Positions 36,953 to 45,419 of a stretch of 64,000 nt of DNA are shown here, in pieces. The notes beneath the pieces are model-generated. The model had not been told where the DNA came from. It was given only the letters and a program-made list of their open reading frames with translations, and made no database searches. Numbering within the stretch: position 1 is the stretch's first letter; each line of letters starts with the position of its first letter. A program made the position numbers and the translations under genes. The stretch lies in the IMG/VR virus record IMGVR_UViG_2799112954_000004, positions 1 through 64,000 of that record. One strand, written 5' to 3'. This DNA comes from a virus (lineage: Duplodnaviria > Caudoviricetes).

Positions 36953-38351
36953 AGACGTTATTCATTCTCGTAGCAGTGGACGACGCCTCCTCTTGCTGAA
37001 TTTGCTTCAGCGTCTCTTCCGGATCATCGCTTTCTCCAAATGCCTTGATGGAGTCAAGCTGACTCATAACAGCCTTACCGCCATTGCCGGCAGTCAACGT
37101 TTCGATGCGTCTTTTTTTATCGTTCTGAATGAATGGAGTGATGACGTTCTCGATATCCACGTTATCGACCTCCTTAGCCCACTTCACATTCATCACTTTC
37201 AAAAACGCCTTGACAACATTATTCTCTCGCTCAAAGAACTCAAGCCATGGACCCGACTCATCACCGATTCTCAGATGGGCATCCATCAGCATGGTCATTC
37301 TCGCATCGTAACCGATATTGCCGAGCGCTTTCATATTCTCGAAACTGATGTCCGGCATTTGCGACTGCATGAAAAACAGCTTCAACAGCGTATCAACCTG
37401 GTACTTCAAAGCATCTATCGCCTGATTCCAAGAAACGTACTCAATCTTACCGCCATTGGAGAGCTGCCAAACACGCTTTGTCTCGCCTTTCTTCTCGTTG
37501 CCCTGCAATGCTCCAGTAACAGCAAGGATAGGCGAAGCGTTATACGCCAAGATATTGCTCTCTCTCGATAAGCCATATTCAATCTCCTCACGCAACACAG
37601 AAAGGCCATCATAGACTGGCCGAGGGCGCCAATTATACACACCTGGAATCTTCAAAATGATGATGTCCTCACCTCCTTCCGGAGTCTCATCGACCCATCC
37701 ACCCTCGTTTCCATCATTCTTCCACTTGAAATGCTTGTTCTCAGAGAACGTCTCGAAGAATGTGTACTCTGTGTCCTTAACCTTACGCTTGTACTCATAG
37801 GACATTCCTATCATATCGCCAAGCTCGTCAAGCAACGGATACAGCTTCACGCCGTCCATGGGAGAGAAAGTCTTGCACTTCAGCTTATACATCGACGGAA
37901 AGCCATAGAGGTCATTGGGCTTCTCCACGACATACCACAAGGTGAATATCTCGCAAGACGCATAGTAAGCAAGCCCACGCTTGATGTTCTCGCTGTCGAT
38001 ATGAGCATACTTATAAATCTTCTCGATAGCTGCGGCAATCTGCTGGCGGGTCTCATTACCGTCAATGTTTGAATACACTCGCTTGACTGGTATGGAAAAC
38101 GTGAACTCAGTAATACGCTTGGAGATAAGTTTCTCCAAACCTACGGTTATTCTTGCCGATGGCTCTTTGACTCCATCGCTTCTGATCTTATCCTCCAGCC
38201 TTTGCTTATCAGTAAGAATGTGATGAAACTTCGGCTCGTAGTCCTGCAATAGCACCGACCATGACGGAACGGTTACGGATTTTTCTTTCAGTGAGCTAAT
38301 GCGGTCAATAATCGACCTATCTAAGCTAAGAATATCATTAATATCTTCCAT
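36933..38351 (-). CDS. Portal protein (SPP1 Gp6-like)
   Basis: ARITVGLEKLI...F.FSIPVKR, YDAR...DAHL motifs; true start MEDINDIL at 38351 because the ORF-track start runs through the promoter. Confidence 0.85.
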   Translation of the reverse strand: MEDINDILSLDRSIIDRISSLKEKSVTVPSWSVLLQDYEPKFHHILTDKQRLEDKIRSDGVKEPSARITVGLEKLISKRITEFTFSIPVKRVYSNIDGNETRQQIAAAIEKIYKYAHIDSENIKRGLAYYASCEIFTLWYVVEKPNDLYGFPSMYKLKCKTFSPMDGVKLYPLLDELGDMIGMSYEYKRKVKDTEYTFFETFSENKHFKWKNDGNEGGWVDETPEGGEDIIILKIPGVYNWRPRPVYDGLSVLREEIEYGLSRESNILAYNASPILAVTGALQGNEKKGETKRVWQLSNGGKIEYVSWNQAIDALKYQVDTLLKLFFMQSQMPDISFENMKALGNIGYDARMTMLMDAHLRIGDESGPWLEFFERENNVVKAFLKVMNVKWAKEVDNVDIENVITPFIQNDKKRRIETLTAGNGGKAVMSQLDSIKAFGESDDPEETLKQIQQEEASSTATRMNNVFDEGAE

Positions 38352-38372
38352 CTTTATGCTTTTTATTTTGCA

Positions 38373-38403
38373 CAAAGATAGGCAAAAGTATTTGAAAGAC
38401 AAA
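38373..38403 (-). promoter_or_regulatory. Class II promoter for portal operon
   Basis: TTTGTCTTTCAAATACTTTTGCC-TATCTTTG. Confidence 0.75.
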
Positions 38404-38519
38404 TGTTTTTAGCAACTTTTTTGCCGCCAACGAAACATTTTGCACTTTCTACTAACTTTTGCCTTCAAAAGTAAATAAGAAACTGCCTCTGCAGAAAAAA
38501 CTATTTTCGACTGATGGAG

Positions 38520-39026
38520 CTAACCTCTATAATTCTCCATTATCCATGTCAGCATTTTGTTCTGGAGCCCTCTGTCAAGCTCAGTGAAAAACACATTGAA
38601 GTCACGTCCGCACGTCTCGAACTTCTGCCAAAGGTGATGTTCCAATCCAGTGCCTGCAAACACCTTGTCTATCCAGTAAGACGGAGAGTTGAACGTGAAC
38701 ATAATGTACTTCCTCATAGCATCCTTCTCTCTGTCGAGCTTATCAACAGCAATCGGTTTCACCTGCCGCCACCCTTTTGTGACTCCACGGATGATAAGGT
38801 TCGTCTCCAGCTCATAGTCCGGATGGTAGCCAATATGGTTCGGGTGCCCGTAGGCATCATTCATCGAACGAAAGATATTGCTCGGGTTGGCGAACGGTCT
38901 TCTGTCATAGTCAAGGATACCGCCCTTAGTCAGCACCAATCCCTCGTCCTGCAGAGCCTTCAAAACTCCGTCGGGGTTTTCCTTTGAGCCTCTGCACCAC
39001 ACTTTGATTACTTTTTCTTCTTCCAT
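38520..39026 (-). CDS. Hypothetical protein
   Basis: ORF track, 168 aa, no family recognised. Confidence 0.65.
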   Translation of the reverse strand: MEEEKVIKVWCRGSKENPDGVLKALQDEGLVLTKGGILDYDRRPFANPSNIFRSMNDAYGHPNHIGYHPDYELETNLIIRGVTKGWRQVKPIAVDKLDREKDAMRKYIMFTFNSPSYWIDKVFAGTGLEHHLWQKFETCGRDFNVFFTELDRGLQNKMLTWIMENYRG

Positions 39027-39049
39027 AGTCCTTATGCTTTGATGTCCAG

Positions 39050-40009
39050 TTATTCCTCGTACAAATACTTGAAAGCCGCCTCTATGATGGAGGGGTAGGC
39101 CATATCCTTATACTTTCCGAAATGCCACAGATAGGTTCCATAGGTCCGTGCTATCTGACCAACAGTCATATTCATGATTCCTCGCTTCACTATCTCGGTC
39201 TCAGTATCGGTAGAGATCTCCACTCTCTCAAAGACTGCCTCCTGCACATTGCCATCCTTGTCTTCAATGAGAGCTGTCTTACTGGTGTGGACGTAGCCAC
39301 TCCAATCTCTGAAATTCTTCTGCTTGTAGCCTACCAGGTTGCCCTCGCCACGGAACTTACGGCCAGTGGTCACCTTACAAGGGATGGAAACCTTGCAGTC
39401 GAACTTACCAAAGAACATCGACGGACAAGACACGTTCTTGGAGAAATACTCAGCCGAAAACTTCTTAAAGTCCTCAGCACAACTGTCCGGCATCTTACTG
39501 ATGTCGTTATTCTCCCAACATGGGAGCATCTCGTTTCCATGACCGCTATCCCAATCAACGAACACCTTTACCAACCGATGGCAGATGGAGTCCCAGCCGA
39601 GGTAATCAAAGCAATCTCCACCACCGCCATTGCCTATGTAGTACACCGGATTCTTCTTTCGGTTAGCTTCTTTCTCAGCCTGCTCAGCCTTATACTTAGC
39701 TTCCTCAGCCGCTTTCTGTTTCTCGATTGTGTCCTTTGTACACTTCAAGAAGTATTCCGAGTAAGTATTAAGGACTTCCTCGAGAGCCTTAATGGTGCCA
39801 TTGTTCATAGCCTTTACCTCGGCTGGAGTCATCTTTAGGGTGATGGCATATTGCTTCACCTCATCCTCAGATAATCCATTCAGAGAGTCGATAATTTTCT
39901 GATACGTCTCCGGACTCTTAACCTTCTGACTGGTTATGGAATCCACACACATCTGCTTGCAGGAAGTGTAATACTTCTCCTCTACAGCTACTAATCCTTT
40001 CTTAGTCAT
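39050..40009 (-). CDS. Hypothetical early-type protein
   Basis: 319 aa, directly after class I promoter copy 2. Confidence 0.7.
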   Translation of the reverse strand: MTKKGLVAVEEKYYTSCKQMCVDSITSQKVKSPETYQKIIDSLNGLSEDEVKQYAITLKMTPAEVKAMNNGTIKALEEVLNTYSEYFLKCTKDTIEKQKAAEEAKYKAEQAEKEANRKKNPVYYIGNGGGGDCFDYLGWDSICHRLVKVFVDWDSGHGNEMLPCWENNDISKMPDSCAEDFKKFSAEYFSKNVSCPSMFFGKFDCKVSIPCKVTTGRKFRGEGNLVGYKQKNFRDWSGYVHTSKTALIEDKDGNVQEAVFERVEISTDTETEIVKRGIMNMTVGQIARTYGTYLWHFGKYKDMAYPSIIEAAFKYLYEE

Positions 40010-40020
40010 ACGCTTTATTG

Positions 40021-40117
40021 ATGTTTCTTATTTACATATGTAAAGGTACTGAATTTCACTGAGTTACGCAATCTTTTGGGCTTTTATTTCCTTCTCTAAA
40101 AGCTAAAAAAACTTAAC
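40021..40117 (-). promoter_or_regulatory. Class I repeated promoter/leader, copy 2
   Basis: ATTGCGTAACTCAGTGAAATTCAG-TACCTTTA-CATATGTAAATAAGAAACAT. Confidence 0.8.
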
Positions 40118-40120
40118 TCA

Positions 40121-40487
40121 TTTTTCAACCTTTCCTGCAACTGGAGGAAAGGAAAAATGCGCTTAGCGTTGTCGCCCAACGGGTTCTCGGTGTGCCGCCC
40201 AGTCTTAACGTTAGCCCTCAACGTGTTTCCTTATTTTACATCGGTAACACCCGAATCTCACATTTATGGTAGTGGGCCATATTTCTTACACATTTCGCCG
40301 TGCCAGTGCCGCTTGATAGGGACAACCAGGAAACCCTCACTCTTTCAAGTTCCTTTTTTGTTTCTGAGGTAGAGAGCAACTTCAAAGGCTCAACCGAAAA
40401 TGCGGATAACTCTACCTGACGCTAATGATGCGTTTGTGGGCGTGTGGTACTCGCAACCACAGGTGGCGGCTTCAACCGCACTCGCCC
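40121..40487 (-). ncRNA. Candidate large structured ncRNA
   Basis: ~370 nt with no minus-strand ORF of 60 aa or more; multiple stems including GGGCG/CGCCC three-way junction with T-loop-like TGCGAGT, AGGTAGAG/CTCTACCT, CGTTG/CAACG, CCTTTCCT/AGGAAAGG. Confidence 0.5.
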
Positions 40488-40493
40488 TATATC

Positions 40494-40892
40494 TTACAGC
40501 TTGTTTACCATCCAGTCTATCTCCTCGTCTGAGAGAGCGATACCGTTAGCCCGCTTCGTCTTGATGATGAAAGCGTAATCAAACTCCTGCTCGATCACAG
40601 CATCGAGGTTCCCTTTGTGATGAGCTACGAGGACTTGCTCAGCGAACTCACGCTTTTGGTTCTGGTAATCTGCTGCGAGAGCTTCAATATCTGACTCCAG
40701 CTTAGCCACCTTCTTGTTGAGGGCCGCTTTCTTATCTTCCATAGCCTTCATGTAGGGCGTTCCCAACATCACCGGGATGTCATTCTTGATATTCTCGCAC
40801 ATCGTATCGATGGTCTCAGTTCCAAACTCGTCTACCAAATAGCTGTCAGACTTCAACGACTTCAACAACTCGATTTCCTTAGCTTTTTCCAT
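40494..40892 (-). CDS. Hypothetical coiled-coil protein
   Basis: 132 aa after class I promoter copy 3. Confidence 0.7.
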   Translation of the reverse strand: MEKAKEIELLKSLKSDSYLVDEFGTETIDTMCENIKNDIPVMLGTPYMKAMEDKKAALNKKVAKLESDIEALAADYQNQKREFAEQVLVAHHKGNLDAVIEQEFDYAFIIKTKRANGIALSDEEIDWMVNKL

Positions 40893-40920
40893 TGCTTCTA
40901 ACCTTTAAGATGATTAATTT

Positions 40921-41015
40921 GTTTCTTGTTTACATATGTAAAGGTAGTGATTTTCACTTGGTTGCGCAAACAGACACCCAATTATTTTTCATTCTAAAAA
41001 CTAAAGAAACTTAAC
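40921..41015 (-). promoter_or_regulatory. Class I repeated promoter/leader, copy 3
   Basis: TTTGCGCAACCAAGTGAAAATCAC-TACCTTTA-CATATGTAAACAAGAAAC. Confidence 0.8.
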
Positions 41016-41244
41016 GTGGATAGCGTTCAAGAAGCAAGGTCTTTGCCTTTTCCAATTCCAGCCTGGTATCGATACCTATCTGATGATAGAAGTCTCCATT
41101 TCCATTCAGCACCTCGCTCGCAATCTGTATGGATCTGCGTTCCTCATTCGTGAACCCTATCCTAAACGTCTTGAAGATGGAGAGGGCTTTTTGCCACTCC
41201 CCACTTCTCATATAAGCTACCGCCTTTGAAGTCTTTGTCTCCAT
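41011..41244 (-). CDS. Hypothetical protein
   Basis: 77 aa, coupled to ArdC stop. Confidence 0.65.
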   Translation of the reverse strand: METKTSKAVAYMRSGEWQKALSIFKTFRIGFTNEERRSIQIASEVLNGNGDFYHQIGIDTRLELEKAKTLLLERYPR

Positions 41245-42245
41245 TATGCTTCCTGCTTAACTTCAACACCAACTCCAATCTTCTCGAGTATCAGCTTGGA
41301 TGCCTTGGAAACGTCCGACATTACCGATACGATGAAGTTAGGCTCTTTCTTCAGAACCTTGCACCAGCCTTCAAGATACTTGGCGTTATCGTCTCTGATG
41401 CAAGCGTCGAAGCCTAACACTGATCCACAAAGTGCTGCAGTAAGCTCTGCCACGAGCTCTTCCTTTGCGTACTCTGCTTGCGAATACTTGCCACCTCCGA
41501 TTCTTTTCAGCAAACTCTCATGGCCAGTGCTGTGAGCCATCTCGTGGATGAGCGTATCGTAGAACCTCTGACCGGACAGGTAAACCTCCTGCTCTGTATC
41601 TCCGACCTTGAACTGAGTCTTCATCGGGACCACAATCTCGAATGAACGGCACTTGTAATACGCCTCGTCAGACAACTCCTGATACTTGATCGGGCAGTAC
41701 CAACGCTGCATCGCCAGCATATCATCGATTTCAGCGTTCTCATACATTCCGAAGGTGTCCTTGGCTATCTCACGCTTGGTGAACTGTCCTTTCAGCTTCT
41801 CCACTTTCTTTGGCGCAACCTCTGCCAAATTGGTCTGGTCGAGATTGAACACGAGATAGCTCTTAAGGAACGGAGAATAGCTGTACTTCTTCTGCTCGTC
41901 TCTTCCCATAGCCTCATAGTCTTCCTCGTCAACTCGCTTACCATCCTCGTTCTTGTAGCTCGCTTTCCAAAACACTACGGGGAACGACTTGGAGCCTTTG
42001 TTCACACGGCCACCCAACTTGTTGATTTGCTTGATGGTAGCATACACCGGCAACTCAAACTTATTCATCATCGTGTTCACCAGCAGGAAGAAATCGTTCA
42101 TGCCCGAATAGTGACCACCGTTTATGTTCATCGGAGAGCCGCCGAATGATGATGTCACCCAAGGCTGCTTCCAGTCTGTGCCTACAGCTTTCATGCGCTC
42201 AATCATAAGATCGCAGAACTTCTCGATAACTAAATCTGTTTTCAT
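41244..42245 (-). CDS. ardC: ArdC-family ssDNA-binding/zincin anti-restriction protein
   Basis: WKQPW...PMNINGGHYSGMN, YATIKQINKLGGRVNKGSK, FNLDQT, HEMAHSTGH, YAKEELVAEL; true start MKTDLV at 42245. Confidence 0.85.
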   Translation of the reverse strand: MKTDLVIEKFCDLMIERMKAVGTDWKQPWVTSSFGGSPMNINGGHYSGMNDFFLLVNTMMNKFELPVYATIKQINKLGGRVNKGSKSFPVVFWKASYKNEDGKRVDEEDYEAMGRDEQKKYSYSPFLKSYLVFNLDQTNLAEVAPKKVEKLKGQFTKREIAKDTFGMYENAEIDDMLAMQRWYCPIKYQELSDEAYYKCRSFEIVVPMKTQFKVGDTEQEVYLSGQRFYDTLIHEMAHSTGHESLLKRIGGGKYSQAEYAKEELVAELTAALCGSVLGFDACIRDDNAKYLEGWCKVLKKEPNFIVSVMSDVSKASKLILEKIGVGVEVKQEA

Positions 42246-42275
42246 ACTTAGCCTCCTATTGCTTTTAACTTTAAT

Positions 42276-42366
42276 ATGTTTCTTATTTACGTATGTAAAG
42301 TTAGTAATATTCAGCGTATTACGCAAACTGGGAGCCGTTTATTTCCTTGCCTAAACAATGTTTAAC
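42276..42366 (-). promoter_or_regulatory. Class I repeated promoter/leader, copy 4
   Basis: TTTGCGTAATACGCTGAATATTAC-TAACTTTA-CATACGTAAATAAGAAACAT. Confidence 0.75.
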
Positions 42367-42381
42367 TCGTACTCATAGAGC

Positions 42382-42484
42382 AAAAAAATGTGCTGGCTAC
42401 TTTCACAAGCAAACCAGCACACCATCTACAAGTGGGTTAGCCAAAAGCAATGAAGGCATCGCCCAACTGTAAATAAGAAACATT
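42382..42484 (-). ncRNA. Candidate trans-acting antisense sRNA targeting class I leaders and start codons
   Basis: -7 box TATCTTTG at 42486-42493; 5' seed AUGUUUCUUAUUUACA; loop seed UUCAUUGCUUUU closed by GCC/GGC; GUGA-capped terminator hairpin plus U7. Confidence 0.7.
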
Positions 42485-42537
42485 GCAAAGATAAATATAT
42501 TATCTCAATAGACCTAAACAATTTAGAAGTTTTTGCA

Positions 42538-44076
42538 TTATAAAGCGTCATTCGCTATCTGTTGTAACTCACGCTCATTGGTGGAGTATGGGTAGAACGT
42601 GTTGGCCACAGCATCCATCTTATCTGGTGAGCGCTTTATCTTCTCCTTTATGTCATCCTTGGACTCTATGATAATCTTGCCATTGCTTTGGAACTTCCAT
42701 TTCGTGGACGTGACCTCCTCCATAAACTGATCATCGGGAGGCACCGCTGGCTGGAAATTATTCTTCGGGTTAAGCCACTCTCTCATTTTCCAGTGGAGAT
42801 AGGCTCGCATATTAGCAAACTCGTATTGGCCAGTGAGGTCATGCAGATTGGCTGCGCTCTCAGAGAACTTACAAGAGATGGCGTTATCGCAGCCAAGCTC
42901 TATCAACCTGGAATAGACTCCAGCTCCCTCTCCGATGGTATCTATGAAAGCACGCGCCTTGCTATTATAGAGATATACTCTCACCATGCCAGCGACCAGC
43001 ATGTGGTCTGCCTTTCCTCCCGATTGGTGCACCTTGAACTCCGGAATGTAGTTGCCGTAGCGAGGGCAGATAACGGATGAGTCTCGACCCATACCAGCAA
43101 CATCGACACCGAGCCTTGCAGACTTTCTCGGCTTGAAGTTCTGAGCATGAAGCACTTTCCACCTCTCGTTGGCAAGCTCAACCCACTCGTATGGGATGAG
43201 GACGTCCTCAGATACTCTCGGGAACATACCTCGCACTTTCACTCGGAACAGATCATCCGGACGATACACGCCTCCTTCCCATTTGAAGTCTCCTTGCCCC
43301 TCATCGTAATCTGACGGCTCTATCTTCTCGCACCACGTCTCGACCTTATCCTTTACCCATTCATAGTCCACCTGGCCCTTGATAACGACTTTCTTCTTCA
43401 CGACGTTCTCAGCATTCAGACTGTCAAGCCTAAACTTGTTGAAACGAGTGGAGCGCATAGCATTAGCCGCATATCCCATGGTAACGTTAGGGTTGAACAC
43501 AAGAAGCAACCTCGAATTGTTCTGCAAGTTGCCCTCGATAGCGTCATAGATGGTCTGTGAGATACCCGTTGCCTCGGTCACAACGAACATAATGTTGGAA
43601 GCATGGAGACCCGACCACGCCTCGGTGTTGTCATCATCAGCCTTGAAGCCAGTGAGGAACCATTCCTCATAGTCGGTACGAATATCGTTTCCGACCAAAC
43701 GGCCAGGGCAGGAGAATGGAAAACGTATCTTTGCCGACCGAATGAGTCTGCGGATCTCCGGCGTCATAATATTCTTCACCTGACGGTCCGTAGGGGCAGT
43801 CATAGCAACCTTGGTGTTCTCTACCATCACTCCGTTCTCAAAACGTGGGGTGAGGTATAGAAAACACAAAGCACAGCAAGCTGCAACGAAATCCTTACCT
43901 CTTGCTGTGCCACTTGCCACTGCGGTCATCTTATTGTTCTGGACTGACTCGACGATGGCTTGCTGCTCTTTATCAAGTCTTACTCCAAGCACATCTCTAC
44001 AAAACGCATTCCAATCCTTTCTCCAATATTCGACCGCCTTATTTATCAGCTCCTGCCTTTCCTTTTTGGTCATCTT
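42538..44076 (-). CDS. Terminase large subunit
   Basis: VASGTARGKDF (Walker A), VVTEATG (Walker B), LLLVFNP, LGVDVAGMGRDSS, RSPDKMDA; likely start MTKKERQ at 44076. Confidence 0.9.
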   Translation of the reverse strand, partial: KMTKKERQELINKAVEYWRKDWNAFCRDVLGVRLDKEQQAIVESVQNNKMTAVASGTARGKDFVAACCALCFLYLTPRFENGVMVENTKVAMTAPTDRQVKNIMTPEIRRLIRSAKIRFPFSCPGRLVGNDIRTDYEEWFLTGFKADDDNTEAWSGLHASNIMFVVTEATGISQTIYDAIEGNLQNNSRLLLVFNPNVTMGYAANAMRSTRFNKFRLDSLNAENVVKKKVVIKGQVDYEWVKDKVETWCEKIEPSDYDEGQGDFKWEGGVYRPDDLFRVKVRGMFPRVSEDVLIPYEWVELANERWKVLHAQNFKPRKSARLGVDVAGMGRDSSVICPRYGNYIPEFKVHQSGGKADHMLVAGMVRVYLYNSKARAFIDTIGEGAGVYSRLIELGCDNAISCKFSESAANLHDLTGQYEFANMRAYLHWKMREWLNPKNNFQPAVPPDDQFMEEVTSTKWKFQSNGKIIIESKDDIKEKIKRSPDKMDAVANTFYPYSTNERELQQIANDAL

Positions 44077-44521
44077 TCTCGTATCCGTCAACCATGGACT
44101 GGAGGGCACTTACCCATTCATCACTATCAACTTTCACATCTTGTCTGTCACGCCAAATGTCCGGGCGACGATTCTTCAGCCAAAAGATAGCAGCCGTAGT
44201 GTCTGGCGGTATCGGGTCCTCAGTGGTCTCCACCTTTGCTGGTTTCTGATTGCCGTTCTCGTCCATCTCCACAATAATCTTCTTATGCTTGATGACGATA
44301 TTACCAACAGCACGATTATAGAGGGACTTTGTCACCTTTGCGTCTGCAACGGATTTTCCCTCTTTCAGCGAGTCCAACAATGAGCTGTATTTCTTTTTCC
44401 ATCTATGGAACGTTCTTACAGTTATTCCAAGGATGTCTGCTATCTGCTCGTCTGTCTTTCCTTCTACGGCGAGTGCCCACACAATATGGTCATGAGTCTT
44501 TGGATTATACGTTGTTGCCAT
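44039..44521 (-). CDS. Terminase small subunit
   Basis: N-terminal HTH (TDEQIADILGITVRTFHRWKK), SLYNRAVG, PPDTTAAIFWLKNRRPDIWRD. Confidence 0.9.
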   Translation of the reverse strand: MATTYNPKTHDHIVWALAVEGKTDEQIADILGITVRTFHRWKKKYSSLLDSLKEGKSVADAKVTKSLYNRAVGNIVIKHKKIIVEMDENGNQKPAKVETTEDPIPPDTTAAIFWLKNRRPDIWRDRQDVKVDSDEWVSALQSMVDGYEKDDQKGKAGADK

Positions 44522-45419
44522 ATTTCTCTAACGCCTTTACAAGTCCTAACCAACGTTTCTTCGGAGGAATGATGCCATCTTTCTCCATGTTGTCAAGAGC
44601 CTCTTTCACTTTCTGAGCATCCTCAACAGGTATTGCACCGGCACCGAACACTCTCGTGAGTGGCACATACTCTTGCGTGGAGTCGAAATCTGCGTCAGCC
44701 ATTTTCTCCTCAGCACATTTCACCATCATATAGATGGCTTGGCCAATATTCTTTACGTTCTCAAACTCCTTGAATTTCTCGAGAGTCTGGAGCAATTTCT
44801 CATACTGATCGATGTAAGCGACACCGATGAAGTCTCTGCCGCTTGCTTTCTTGACGAGAGCTTCCAAATCCTTCACCTGATAGGGCAGGAAAAGGAACTC
44901 CATCTGCTGCCAATCGAAATCCGTCTTCGGGTCGAGCAACTTCTCAATGGTGAGCTTTGGCTCCTCGAACAAATCCTTGCCGCCATAAGACTCAATCTTA
45001 TCATCAACATCGGTAATCATCTTTGCGATTTCCCGAAGCGTGTCCTTGTCATCGTAGCCATCGATGGCATTATGGGCCAGTTGCTTTGCAGCCTTTTGGG
45101 AACGGTTGAGCCCCGATAAGTCAAGCAGGACGTACACGAACTTCAGTCCTGCGGCTTTGGCGGCTCTTATCCTATGGTGGCCACTGATGATCTCTACACG
45201 GCCATTGAAATACACGCAGAACGGAACGGACTCCAGCTGACCACGATGCTTGATATTCTCAGTCAGTTGGTTCATCATTTCGTTTGGCTGAATACGGGCG
45301 TTCTTATCCTGCTCCTTGATGATGGATATTTCAACTTTTGAAAAGACAATGCCAGTGCCCATGTCGACAAGGTACTCAACACCGTCTATTTTTGGTTTTT
45401 CTGTCTGTTCTGTTGCCAT
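44505..45419 (-). CDS. ParB/Srx-like N-terminal domain protein
   Basis: NAR...QLTENIK.RGQLESVP...EIISGHHRIRAA...QLAHNAIDG. Confidence 0.8.
   Translation of the reverse strand: MATEQTEKPKIDGVEYLVDMGTGIVFSKVEISIIKEQDKNARIQPNEMMNQLTENIKHRGQLESVPFCVYFNGRVEIISGHHRIRAAKAAGLKFVYVLLDLSGLNRSQKAAKQLAHNAIDGYDDKDTLREIAKMITDVDDKIESYGGKDLFEEPKLTIEKLLDPKTDFDWQQMEFLFLPYQVKDLEALVKKASGRDFIGVAYIDQYEKLLQTLEKFKEFENVKNIGQAIYMMVKCAEEKMADADFDSTQEYVPLTRVFGAGAIPVEDAQKVKEALDNMEKDGIIPPKKRWLGLVKALEKYGNNV

Noticed and set aside
42443-42483. Inverted (plus-strand) class I promoter copy
   Set aside because: No TACCTTTA or -33 box on the plus strand, and the AAAAGCAATG and TGTAAATAAGAAACAT blocks are in reversed order relative to real copies
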